Assembly (NCBI GenBank): GCA_963675755.2
Contig: CAXXMD010000003.1
Location: forward strand, 1,632,001 to 1,696,000
Direction of reading: 5' to 3'
DNA length: 64,000 bases
Source: a bacterium
Lineage (GTDB): Bacteria > Zhuqueibacterota > Zhuqueibacteria > Residuimicrobiales > Krinioviventaceae
The notes below the pieces were generated by a model. The model was not told the DNA's origin, did no database searches, and worked only from the letters and a program-made list of their open reading frames with translations. Made by a program: the position numbers and the translations under genes. This document shows positions 8,947-18,600 of the stretch, one piece after another. Every line of letters starts with the position of its first letter. Position 1 is the stretch's first letter.

Positions 8947-9948
8947 TTATTGTTCTGATGTAAAATGCGTATTCAGGGCCTTGTACAGGTCATTGTTCAT
9001 GCTTTCGTGCAGGTCCTGTATGCTTTTCAATCCAAACACGGAGAGGATCGAGATGGGGTCGGCACGATAGCCGGTGTGGCCTTCGTAAAAACCATAGCGC
9101 ATAATGTAAAAGGGTACCATTTCGCCGGTGTGAATATACGACAGGTTGTGCAAAAGGGATTCCATCTGTCTCTCGTCCAGATCGGCATAGGTTTTTTCAA
9201 TAAAGGATTTTTCTTTATCACTCAGATCTCGCCAGACCTCAATCTCCCAATAGCCCAGAATTTCATCGTTAAAAATGGATTCCTGCCAGCCCAGCGCGCC
9301 CCATACCTGTAGATAGATTTTTTGATCATTATAACAAATGCCTTCAATGGCATCGGCAACCGGCATTTTTTTATTCTGACGAGCGGCAGCCTGTATTACA
9401 TTCCACACATGGAACAGCGGTTCAACTATTTGCGGATGGGTAAAATCCGCTTTTGCTACCAGACGGTTGTCGCCCTTAAGCACTGAGAGTATATCTTCGT
9501 CAAAGCTGATGAATCCCATACCCGAGTACTGTTCGGGACGGGCAATGTCGTTGATTTCCTGAATGGATTTACCAGTGATGGTACGAGTTTGATCCAACTC
9601 TTGTTCAGAGTGGAGGCCTGTGCGGGCGAGTGTGGGAAAGTCGATACCGTCAACACTCTTTTGGCGGCCCTTGCCCAGCCACAGGTTTTTTTGATAGTTG
9701 AGGGAATCGTCATTGGCGATTGTGACATCGATCAGCGTATACTGCTTGTCGATAGTAAAGCAAGTCACAATCTGACGGCCGTCGTCCAGCACCAACGGTG
9801 ACGGCAGGTCCGGTCGTTTTTTAGTGGTCTCAGGAAAAAAGCGATACTTTTTATTCTCATAGCGAAACGTGTTGTTTGGCCTGGCATCAGCAGTAATCGC
9901 AATAAAAAGCATCAGCAAACAGGCGGATATAATTTTGTGCAATGACAT
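8947..9948 (-). CDS. Hypothetical exported protein
   Basis: ATG at 9948 follows GGAGAG; signal peptide MSLHKIISACLLMLFIAITADA; coding-like composition. No family recognised with certainty. Confidence 0.7.
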   Translation of the reverse strand: MSLHKIISACLLMLFIAITADARPNNTFRYENKKYRFFPETTKKRPDLPSPLVLDDGRQIVTCFTIDKQYTLIDVTIANDDSLNYQKNLWLGKGRQKSVDGIDFPTLARTGLHSEQELDQTRTITGKSIQEINDIARPEQYSGMGFISFDEDILSVLKGDNRLVAKADFTHPQIVEPLFHVWNVIQAAARQNKKMPVADAIEGICYNDQKIYLQVWGALGWQESIFNDEILGYWEIEVWRDLSDKEKSFIEKTYADLDERQMESLLHNLSYIHTGEMVPFYIMRYGFYEGHTGYRADPISILSVFGLKSIQDLHESMNNDLYKALNTHFTSEQ

Positions 9949-9974
9949 GTCAACTCTCCCCAATAATTATAAAA

Positions 9975-10559
9975 TTATTGTATATGTAAAATCCATTTTG
10001 CCTTGTCAACACCGGGCGGAATATAGTTTCGCATCATTTCAAGCAGATTCTCCGGTGACGGGTCTCTCATGACCAGTTTCCGGTAATCGGATTTTATAAA
10101 TTCCTGCTCAACAGCATGGTCCAAAAAGTCCAGCAGTTTGTCATAAAACCCGTTTACATTCAAAAATCCGCACGGTTTTTTATGGATGCCAAGCTGGGCC
10201 CATGTTAAAGCTTCAAATATCTCTTCCAGCGTGCCCAGTCCGCCTGGCATGGCAATAAATCCGTCAGACAATTCAGACAGCATTGCTTTGCGCTGGTGCA
10301 TATCTTTAACAATATGCAGCTTTGTAATGCCGGTATGGGCTACTTCTTTGTCCACCAGATATTGCGGCATTACACCGGTAACTTTGCCGCCGCCTTCCAG
10401 CACAGTGTTGGCAATCTCGTTCATAAGGCCCACGCGCGCGCCGCCATATACCAGATCCAGATTTTTTTTGACCAACAGACGGCCCAGTTCATGGGCGGCG
10501 TTAATATATTCAGGGGATATACCCTTGCCCGATCCGCAGAATACGCATATAGATTTCAA
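9975..10559 (-). CDS. LOG family nucleotide 5'-monophosphate nucleosidase (TIGR00730-type)
   Basis: Motifs 'ICVFCGS', 'LVYGGARVGLM', 'MHQRKA' and 'PGGLGTLEE'. Confidence 0.93.
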   Translation of the reverse strand: MKSICVFCGSGKGISPEYINAAHELGRLLVKKNLDLVYGGARVGLMNEIANTVLEGGGKVTGVMPQYLVDKEVAHTGITKLHIVKDMHQRKAMLSELSDGFIAMPGGLGTLEEIFEALTWAQLGIHKKPCGFLNVNGFYDKLLDFLDHAVEQEFIKSDYRKLVMRDPSPENLLEMMRNYIPPGVDKAKWILHIQ

Positions 10560-10780
10560 TAGGTTTTCCTTTTTTTATTTTACTGCCCTAATATAGTAAA
10601 TTGGCAGATAAAATAAAACGCTCTTGTCCATTGGCGGCTTTATTATTTGACGTATAAGGCAGGCAATACGTTTCACCTGTTGTTAAAAAAATGTTCTATT
10701 GAAATGGGATCTTAAAATAGAACGAAACTTGTTTCGTTTGTCCGCAGCAGGTGAGGCAGCTTGACCTTTTTATCGGAAAC

Positions 10781-11060
10781 CGGAGCCTGAGTTCGATTGT
10801 ATGCACCAATGGTGAATGCAATCGAGTATCGAAGGCACGGTGTCCTTGATCGTGATGCAGATCCCTGCATCACGGATTATTAAATCGGGACATTTGTCCC
10901 GTAATATTTATATTTACAACCAGGACAAACATCCTGCAATCCTTTAATCATAAAAATATTAATTCAGACGTGGTAAAAGTTCAATCTGTTTAACAGAGAA
11001 TGGCCCTTCGATACACCCGTCCTTGCTCCCATAGGAACAAGGACGGATACTCAGGGACCG
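10781..11060. repeat. Cluster of REP-like palindromic elements
   Basis: Inverted pair of CCTGAGT-[hairpin]-GTATCGAAGG units (10781-10840 on +, 11001-11060 on -). Perfect hairpins CGTGATGCAG-atcc-CTGCATCACG (10851-10874) and CGGGAC-attt-GTCCCG (10886-10901). Confidence 0.75.
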
Positions 11061-11234
11061 TTGTGTGAGTCTTTACTCGTTTCCATCCCAGTCCTCCTGG
11101 TGGTGGACAATTCCATTAATAGGGGATCTCCAGATACGATTGCTTGTTTTCAATTAGATATATAAATCCCCGCACAATATGATAAAATCAATTAAAAACA
11201 TATTATTTGATTTTTCTTTTTAGTATATTGCGGC

Positions 11235-12422
11235 ATGAAAAGCATACATTTATTACCCAAGCATGACGCGTTTATACAGCGTCGGCACCCGTGGATTTTT
11301 TCCGGGGCCATCAAAGAAGTCAGAGGCGAACCCGCAAGTGGTGAGACCGTTGACATTATCACGTCCTCCGGCAAACCGGTGGGCAAGGGAGCGTACTCGC
11401 CCGAATCACAAATACGGGTACGGGTCTGGAGTTTTGACGAGACCGAAACCATTGACGCGGATTTCTTTCGCCGCCGTATTGAGCGGGCCATGTCCGGACG
11501 GGCTTGGTTGAGTGAATCCGGATTTACTACTGCAATCCGTTTGATCAATGCCGAAGCAGATGGTCTGCCCGGTCTGGTAGTAGACCAGTACAATGAATAC
11601 CTGGTTTGTCAATTTACTTCGGCGGGAGTGGAACATTGGAAAGCTGATATTGTGGCCATTCTTGCGGAGCTGTCACCCTGTGCCGGAATTTTTGAGCGGT
11701 CAGATTCCGAAAGCCGAGACAAAGAAGGACTACCCATATCTATTGGAAAGTTGTGGGGCGAAGAACCCCCAACACTGATCTGGATACACGAGGGCGGCAT
11801 TGCCATCCCTGTGGATGTACGTACCGGGCATAAATCGGGATACTATCTGGACCAGCGAGACAATCGTGCTGCGTTTTCAGCATTTTGTCAAGGCGCTTCT
11901 GTGCTGAACGCCTTTAGTTATAGCGGCGGATTTGGTCTGTGGGCACTGCAAAGTGGCGCCGAACATGTAGTGCAGATGGATTCTTCAGCGGACGCGCTTG
12001 ATTTAGCGCGCCAGGCAGCGGAGCAAAATGGGTTCGATATGGAAAAGATTGAACACCTTGAAGCGGATGTGTTTAAACAATTAAGGACCTATCGTGACGC
12101 CAGAAAGACTTTTGACGTTATTGTGATTGATCCCCCAAAATTTGCGCAATCTGCCCATCAAGTACAAAAAGCAAGCAGGGGATACAAAGATATTAACCTG
12201 CTGGCAATGAAACTATTGAACCCCGGTGGTATCTTGTTTACGTTTTCCTGCTCTGGTCATGTGAACCGGGACCTGTTCCAAAAGATCATCGCGGCATCAG
12301 CCGCAGACTCGGGCCGGGATGTGCATATATTACGACACCTGGGCCAGCCTGAGGACCACCCCATAGCCGCCAATTTCCCGGAAGGAGAGTATTTAAAGGG
12401 ATTGATTTGCAGGGTGTGGTAA
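11235..12422 (+). CDS. rlmI: 23S rRNA m5C1962 methyltransferase RlmI
   Basis: PUA domain 'RRHPWIFSGA', 'EADGLPGLVVD', 'GHKSGYYLDQRDNR', 'FDVIVIDPPKF' and 'FPEGEYLKG'. Confidence 0.92.
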   Translation: MKSIHLLPKHDAFIQRRHPWIFSGAIKEVRGEPASGETVDIITSSGKPVGKGAYSPESQIRVRVWSFDETETIDADFFRRRIERAMSGRAWLSESGFTTAIRLINAEADGLPGLVVDQYNEYLVCQFTSAGVEHWKADIVAILAELSPCAGIFERSDSESRDKEGLPISIGKLWGEEPPTLIWIHEGGIAIPVDVRTGHKSGYYLDQRDNRAAFSAFCQGASVLNAFSYSGGFGLWALQSGAEHVVQMDSSADALDLARQAAEQNGFDMEKIEHLEADVFKQLRTYRDARKTFDVIVIDPPKFAQSAHQVQKASRGYKDINLLAMKLLNPGGILFTFSCSGHVNRDLFQKIIAASAADSGRDVHILRHLGQPEDHPIAANFPEGEYLKGLICRVW

Positions 12423-12463
12423 TTTTTCGATTAAACATTATATTGACAGATTAAGATTATAAT

Positions 12464-12501
12464 AAAAAAGGCCCCGAAAATTAATAGGGGCCTTTTTTTT
12501 T
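12464..12501. terminator. Bidirectional intrinsic terminator
   Basis: AAAAAAGGCCCC-loop-GGGGCCTTTTTTTTT between convergent genes. Confidence 0.85.
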
Positions 12502-12517
12502 GAATCTGTTTTAATCT

Positions 12518-14578
12518 CTATCTCACCAGCTGCATACGCAGAGTTTGTACAAAATTTCCTGCAGTCATTCGGCAGATATAAGTGCCAGAGCTGACTTGCT
12601 GTCCTGCTGCGTTTGTACCATCCCAGGAGAGTGTCTGTACACCGGCAGGCATAGAACCGTCAGCAAGAGTCCGTACCAGTGTACCGTTGGTGTTGAATAC
12701 TTGCAGTTTAACGTTCATCGCTTCCGGGAGAGAGTATTGGATAGTGGTTGACGGATTAAAGGGATTGGGGTAATTCTGTGATAATACCGGGGTAGTAGGC
12801 ACCGTTTCGGTGTTTTCCGTACGAGCTACTATTTGGTCTTCATGAGTTTCTGTGCCGTCAAGGTTCTGGGTGGTAAGGCGGTATACATAAGCCTTGCCGG
12901 GCTCGATTGTATTATCGATAAACGCGTAATTGCACTCTGTCGTGCTGTTACCTTTACTGGGAATTAAATCTGAAATCCGTTCAAAATCCATGTTGGAATC
13001 CGCGGCTTTGCGGTCGATATAAAAACCAGTAATGTCAATTTCAGAGGCTGTCTGCCAACAAAGTTCAATGCCATCATTTAAAGGATTTGCATAAAAGCTG
13101 CTCAGGCTTACGGGTAAAGGTACATCTTTACCGTTAACAACTGAAATAACCGAACAACTGGAACTCGCTGTGCCCGAGAACATGACTTGTATGGCTCCAA
13201 CATTTGATCTAACTGCAGGATTAATCCCGGCTAGAGAAAATTCGTTTAATCCTTCAACTAATTCAATTGCTCCGACACTTCCAAATCCATATGTGCTGTT
13301 CGTCAGGACAACCGTTCCTGATACAGAACCGCTCAAATTGGTTATGTGAACAGTAATTGAGGCAATGGTGCTTAAATCATAATAAGAAGGACCGGGTGTT
13401 ACAGCGCCACCATCCGGTGATTCAGATGATTGGTCATATGTAAAATATACGGTTTCATCACCATTTGGAAAAGACATGATTGCATTACTGGCAAGGCCCA
13501 TAATCAGTGAAGCAGTGGGACCACCTGGGTCATAATCGCTGGTTCCCGTTGGCCAGTTAGAATTTGTTGTTTCAACGGCCTCAGTAATAAGATGAGGAGC
13601 TCCTAAAGAGTTGTCTCCCAAATAGTCAATCGTACCATAAGGATCTGGAAATGCCGTTGCAACAGTACCATAAAGTTCAAAGGCAAGATCAATGTTCCCG
13701 TCATTTTCAATTTCAGCAAGAGGGATCTCAAATTCATAAGTTTTATGGCGATAGGGAACAAACGGAGTATAGGTGAATCCCGGTGTTCCCCAGGTTTGTT
13801 CCGGTACGGATGAACGAAATGTCTTGATTCCCTGGTTATCTCTGATATGCACACTCACATAGTCAGCGTCACCATCATAAGTATTGTCCGGAGTAAAGTC
13901 GATGGCTACATATAAATTTTTTCCATCATCTTTTACCCATCCATAAGTATAGCCTGAAGGATGTCCGGTACAGGGCTTGACCATGGTTGTAAAAAAAGGC
14001 TTTCCTAAATCTTCTTTGTTCAAGTTACCATCAATTTTTAAAGATCCGTAATTGCTTCCCAACTGATAAACAGCAAACTCATTAAAGCCCTGAGGTGCTT
14101 TGCCCAAATTCACTTCCGGATACTGCACAGGAAGACCAAAGAATTCATCCGGATCAACCCTGGCCCGAAGACGTAGTACCGGATTATTGTGAACAGAATT
14201 AAAAACTGCTTCCACAGCTCCTTGAATATTGACAACATCATAGTCGCTGTTGTTCAGTAATTGGGTTTCTGCTTTTGAGAACCCTTTAACCGTTACCGGT
14301 GCCTGGCCGTTCAGGTCCAATAGATCAAAATGGGCAAGGTTCTGATTTGAAGGTAAAAGACGAACATGAACTGATTCTTCTGTATTTACTGGTAATGGAA
14401 TTTCACAGGTTTTATAATGAGCTGTAAACTTGATTTCTCCGGCGTTTATCCACTCATCTCCATCTAGTACCTGTACCTCATAACCACCGTTAATTTTCAA
14501 TGACGCCCAATAATCCTGTTGGGATGTTCCTGCAAATAAAGAGGAAACAACAAATAGTAATAATATCATTTGTTTCAA
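12518..14578 (-). CDS. Secreted multidomain protein with T9SS-like/FlgD-Ig C-terminal domain
   Basis: TTG at 14578 follows GGAGG; signal peptide; 'PLPVSLSSF' Ig module; tail 'SQNYPNPFNPSTTI...SSGTYICRM'. Confidence 0.82.
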   Translation of the reverse strand: MKQMILLLFVVSSLFAGTSQQDYWASLKINGGYEVQVLDGDEWINAGEIKFTAHYKTCEIPLPVNTEESVHVRLLPSNQNLAHFDLLDLNGQAPVTVKGFSKAETQLLNNSDYDVVNIQGAVEAVFNSVHNNPVLRLRARVDPDEFFGLPVQYPEVNLGKAPQGFNEFAVYQLGSNYGSLKIDGNLNKEDLGKPFFTTMVKPCTGHPSGYTYGWVKDDGKNLYVAIDFTPDNTYDGDADYVSVHIRDNQGIKTFRSSVPEQTWGTPGFTYTPFVPYRHKTYEFEIPLAEIENDGNIDLAFELYGTVATAFPDPYGTIDYLGDNSLGAPHLITEAVETTNSNWPTGTSDYDPGGPTASLIMGLASNAIMSFPNGDETVYFTYDQSSESPDGGAVTPGPSYYDLSTIASITVHITNLSGSVSGTVVLTNSTYGFGSVGAIELVEGLNEFSLAGINPAVRSNVGAIQVMFSGTASSSCSVISVVNGKDVPLPVSLSSFYANPLNDGIELCWQTASEIDITGFYIDRKAADSNMDFERISDLIPSKGNSTTECNYAFIDNTIEPGKAYVYRLTTQNLDGTETHEDQIVARTENTETVPTTPVLSQNYPNPFNPSTTIQYSLPEAMNVKLQVFNTNGTLVRTLADGSMPAGVQTLSWDGTNAAGQQVSSGTYICRMTAGNFVQTLRMQLVR

Positions 14579-14873
14579 GGTAACCTCCATATGTTGGGTT
14601 AAAATTGTTTTGTGGAGCTTTTGTGTTGTCAATTGATGGTTATTTGAAGAATCAATTTTAATCTATATACAAAATGAATAATGTGCAATAGTTATTTTAT
14701 GTGTTGAGAGGTATAGGTATTTTTTAATAAACAAGTTATGGCAGAGCAAATAAAGTCAGGTTTTGTAAAAAAGGCTATTAATAATTACATATAATGGCAA
14801 CCAGAATCAAGAATAAAATCCAGGAGTATTGTATTTTTATCTGTCAATTAACTTTATAACACAGGAGATAAAA

Positions 14874-15332
14874 ATGCAGAATCAATTCCAGGTAAAATCA
14901 ATAGGGCAGGTGTTGCGTGAAAATGGAAAAACCAAAGTTCATCTGTTACCGGATTATAGAGATGGATTGTTGCGGTTGAACGAATTCAGCCATGTGTTGG
15001 TGTTCTGGTGGGCAGACCGTTGTGATAATGAGCAGGACCGTTCAAAATTACAGACACAGCTGCCCTATGCTGAAGATAAAACCGCGGGCGTGTTTGCATG
15101 TCGCGCGGAATACCGACCGAATCCCATTGCCATGTCTGTATGTCCTATTGTTCATATTGATAACGAGACCGGACAAATTGAGGTCGCCAATATCGATGCT
15201 GTTGATAATACACGGGTTCTGGATTTAAAGCCCTATTTCCCGGTATGTGATCGTGTGAAAAACGTATATATACCGAAATGGTTAGAGGGCTGGCCGGAAT
15301 GGATGCCTGAAGAAGGTATTGCGCCCATGTAA
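14874..15332 (+). CDS. tsaA: TsaA/TrmO-family SAM-dependent tRNA methyltransferase domain protein
   Basis: Motifs 'FSHVLVFWW', 'GVFACRAEYRPNPIAMS' and 'LDLKPY'. ATG at 14874 follows AGGAG. Confidence 0.8.
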   Translation: MQNQFQVKSIGQVLRENGKTKVHLLPDYRDGLLRLNEFSHVLVFWWADRCDNEQDRSKLQTQLPYAEDKTAGVFACRAEYRPNPIAMSVCPIVHIDNETGQIEVANIDAVDNTRVLDLKPYFPVCDRVKNVYIPKWLEGWPEWMPEEGIAPM

Positions 15333-15601
15333 TGGATTAAATATTCAGGAACTATTTTAAAATATGCAGTTCCTGAATTGATAGTCACCCCTGGCACAGT
15401 TCTTGAAACTTTTAACCATCATGGCCTGACAATTTTTTATTTTATTATACACTGTATAAGTATATATTTTTAAATAATTTCTGATTTTTGTACTGTCGAG
15501 ATTTTCTATGGTTTGATAGAAAGGGATCAGTGTGGGGTAAAAGTTACCCCGGGTGGACAATTATACAAAAATGTATAAATAAGAAATTTCAGGAGGAAAA
15601 C

Positions 15602-18600
15602 ATGCGTAAAGGGGCTTTTTTATTAATTATTTTAACATCCATGCTTTTTGGTCAGAATGATATATGGCGTCAACTGCAGTTGACGGAAGATATGCAATTT
15701 GAATATGCCCAATGGAGTCATAACGAAGGTGTCTACCCTCCAATCTATGCTTTGGGTGAAAAGGGTTCAATATGGTATTCAACAGATAATGGTTGGAATT
15801 GGGAAAAGAGTGAGCTTGGGGTATCCGCGAATATGAAAGGCATTGCATGGGAACAAAAAAATTATGGTTTCGGTCTTCAAACCACAGGGGTTGCTGTAGG
15901 TGAAAATGGAGCCGTTGTGATAACAAAAGACGGAGGAAAAACCTGGGAAATGTTACAGTACGAGGGTAATGATCTTAATGCTGTTGATTGTACAGCACCC
16001 TTGTATGATTATCAAACCGATTATCTTTACCTTTCGGTTGGAAAAGATGGAACTGCCATTTGGTCCCATGATGGTGGTCTGAACTGGGATGATAAAGAGA
16101 TATCAGAATCAGGTGAAGATTTTACGGATGTTCAGTTTACTACCAATGAAGAGGGTTGGATTACCGGAACAAATGGTACTCTCTATAAAACAACAAACGC
16201 CGGTTATGATTGGCAGATTATTGAACTACCTGACGAAACAGGAAAACCTGATTTGCAAGGTGTTGATTTTTTAGATAACAATACCGGCTGGGTTTGTGGA
16301 GATAATGGTACTATACTTTTGACAAACAGAGGAGGTGCTGACTGGGCGCAGCAAAACTCAGGCGTTACAACCCAGTTGAATGATATTGCTTTTAAAGATA
16401 GAAATACCGGTTGGTGTGTTGGAAACGGCGGTACAGTGCTTTTAACTGAAAACGGCGGCTCTACCTGGCAGCCTGTAGATACCGGCTCAAATCAGGATTT
16501 TCAATCTGTGAGTATTAATTCAAACGGTGATGTCCTCATTGCAGGTGGAAGTAGCAAAATACTGACAAATCAGCCTGAATTAAATATCAGTGTTGAGGTT
16601 GTTCCGGACGAGGTACATGCTGCAGGAATCAATAGAAGTAAAAAAAGAGAGCGCGTGAATGTTCAGGTTAATTACGATTCAGAGGCTCCATGGACTGTTC
16701 AATCCAATGCGGATTGGATTACCGTTCAACCTCAATCCGGGACCGGCAACGGTTATTTTGATGTTACAATAGATCCAACAAATCTTGAAGAAGGAAAGCA
16801 TTCATCTTCGGTTACCATATCAACAGAAGACGGTGTAACAACTTTAGAACCATTGGTCCATTATCAGTTCTATGGGGCTAATGAAAGCAAGCCTCCCTTT
16901 GGAAGTATTGAAACACCTCAAGTCGGTTCAACCGTCCGAGGCAGTGTCCCGGTTACTGGTTGGGCATTGGATGATGTGGAAGTAGATAAAGTACAGATAT
17001 ACAGTGAAAATAACGGCAGTCTTACCTATCTGGGTGATGCAGCCTTTGTTGAAGGTGCAAGACCGGATGTGCAGCAGGCTTATCCTGAATATCCAAATAA
17101 CAATAACGCAGGGTGGCAGTACATACTGCAATCAAATTTCTTTACCAATGCGTTTGATGGCATAGCTACATTAACTGCTATTGCTCAGGATGTTGAAGGC
17201 AATCAAACGACATTGGGGAGTAATTCATTTATGATTGATAATCAGAATTCAAATAACCCTTTTGGTGATATTACTACCCCAGCTCCCGGAGAAAAGATTT
17301 GGGGCAGCAGTTATATCAATACAGGCTGGGTTCTGACTCCACCTCCTAATATGATTTCAGAATGTGGCAGTGAAATTTCAGTTTATATTGATGGTGTGTT
17401 TACGGGAAATGTGACCTATGATGGTTACCGCCAGGATATTGCATCTTTGTTCCCGGGCTATGCTAATTCAAACGGTGCTGGGGCTTATTTCAAGATTGAT
17501 ACGCGTAAATATCCAAATGGAATGCATACCATACAATGGGTAGCAAGAGATGACGCCGGTAATGAGGGCGGCATTGGCTCCAGATTTTTTACTATTGAAA
17601 ACAGCGGAGCTCCCGCAGCCGGTGCAACTACAAATAGAATCAAGTGTGGGGCGCCTGCTAATGGGTCCTCTTTAAAAAGAGAATTTACAGCTTTTGGTGG
17701 AAATTCAACCCATGCCAACGGACCGTTTACACAATATTTTCAAGTGGTTAATAAAGGTGTTGGAACTCTCAGTTGGCAGGTAAGCAGCGAGCAGGATTGG
17801 ATTTCACTAGATCCTGTCTCGGGAACAGGACCCGGCTGGGTGCAGGTATCGGTTGATCCCTCTGGGAAAACAGCAGGTGGATATGAGGGTGAGATTGTTA
17901 TTACTGATATTGATCAGGCAAGCGCTCCGGAATATGTTGCTGTAGACTTGACGGTTCATCAACTAACGGAACCTCCTTTTGGTGAATTTGTTTCTCCGGC
18001 ACAAGATCAGGTTGTAAGTGGAAATATTTACTTGTCCGGTTGGGCACTTGACGATGTGGGTGTAGAATCTGTCAAGCTATATCAGATAAACGGCGAGCAA
18101 AATGAATATATTGGGGATGCTGTTCCGATAGATGAAATTCGAGCGGATGTACAGTCAATGTACGCCAATTATCCCAATGCCAATATGGCGGGATGGCGGT
18201 TCAGTGTTGAAACCTATGATTATGAAAATGGCACATATTCTTTTGTTGCAGAGGTTATGGATTATGAAGGGAATACAACTCTGCTTACCGGTAGTGAGTT
18301 TGTAATCGATAATACAAACAGTCTTGAGCCCTTTGGTGATATTGATTCACCGGTAGATGGCCTGATTGTGTCTGGAGACAGTCTTGCTATAATTGGCTGG
18401 GTTTTAGCCGCAGGTGACAATACCATAGAAAAAGATGGGTCTTCTATTTTCCTTTATCTGAACGGAGAATTTATTGGCAATCCTATTTATAATCTATATC
18501 GTAAAGATATTGCTGATAAATATCCGGATAAACAGAATGCCCTCGGTGCAGTGTTTACCTATTATCTCGATACTACTGCCTATCCGGATGGTACCTATAC

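Noticed and set aside
10560-11234. CRISPR array, tRNA, or a known riboswitch/ncRNA in the large intergenic gap
   Set aside because: There are no regularly spaced identical repeats, no cloverleaf or T-loop, and no recognisable riboswitch, SRP or tmRNA consensus.
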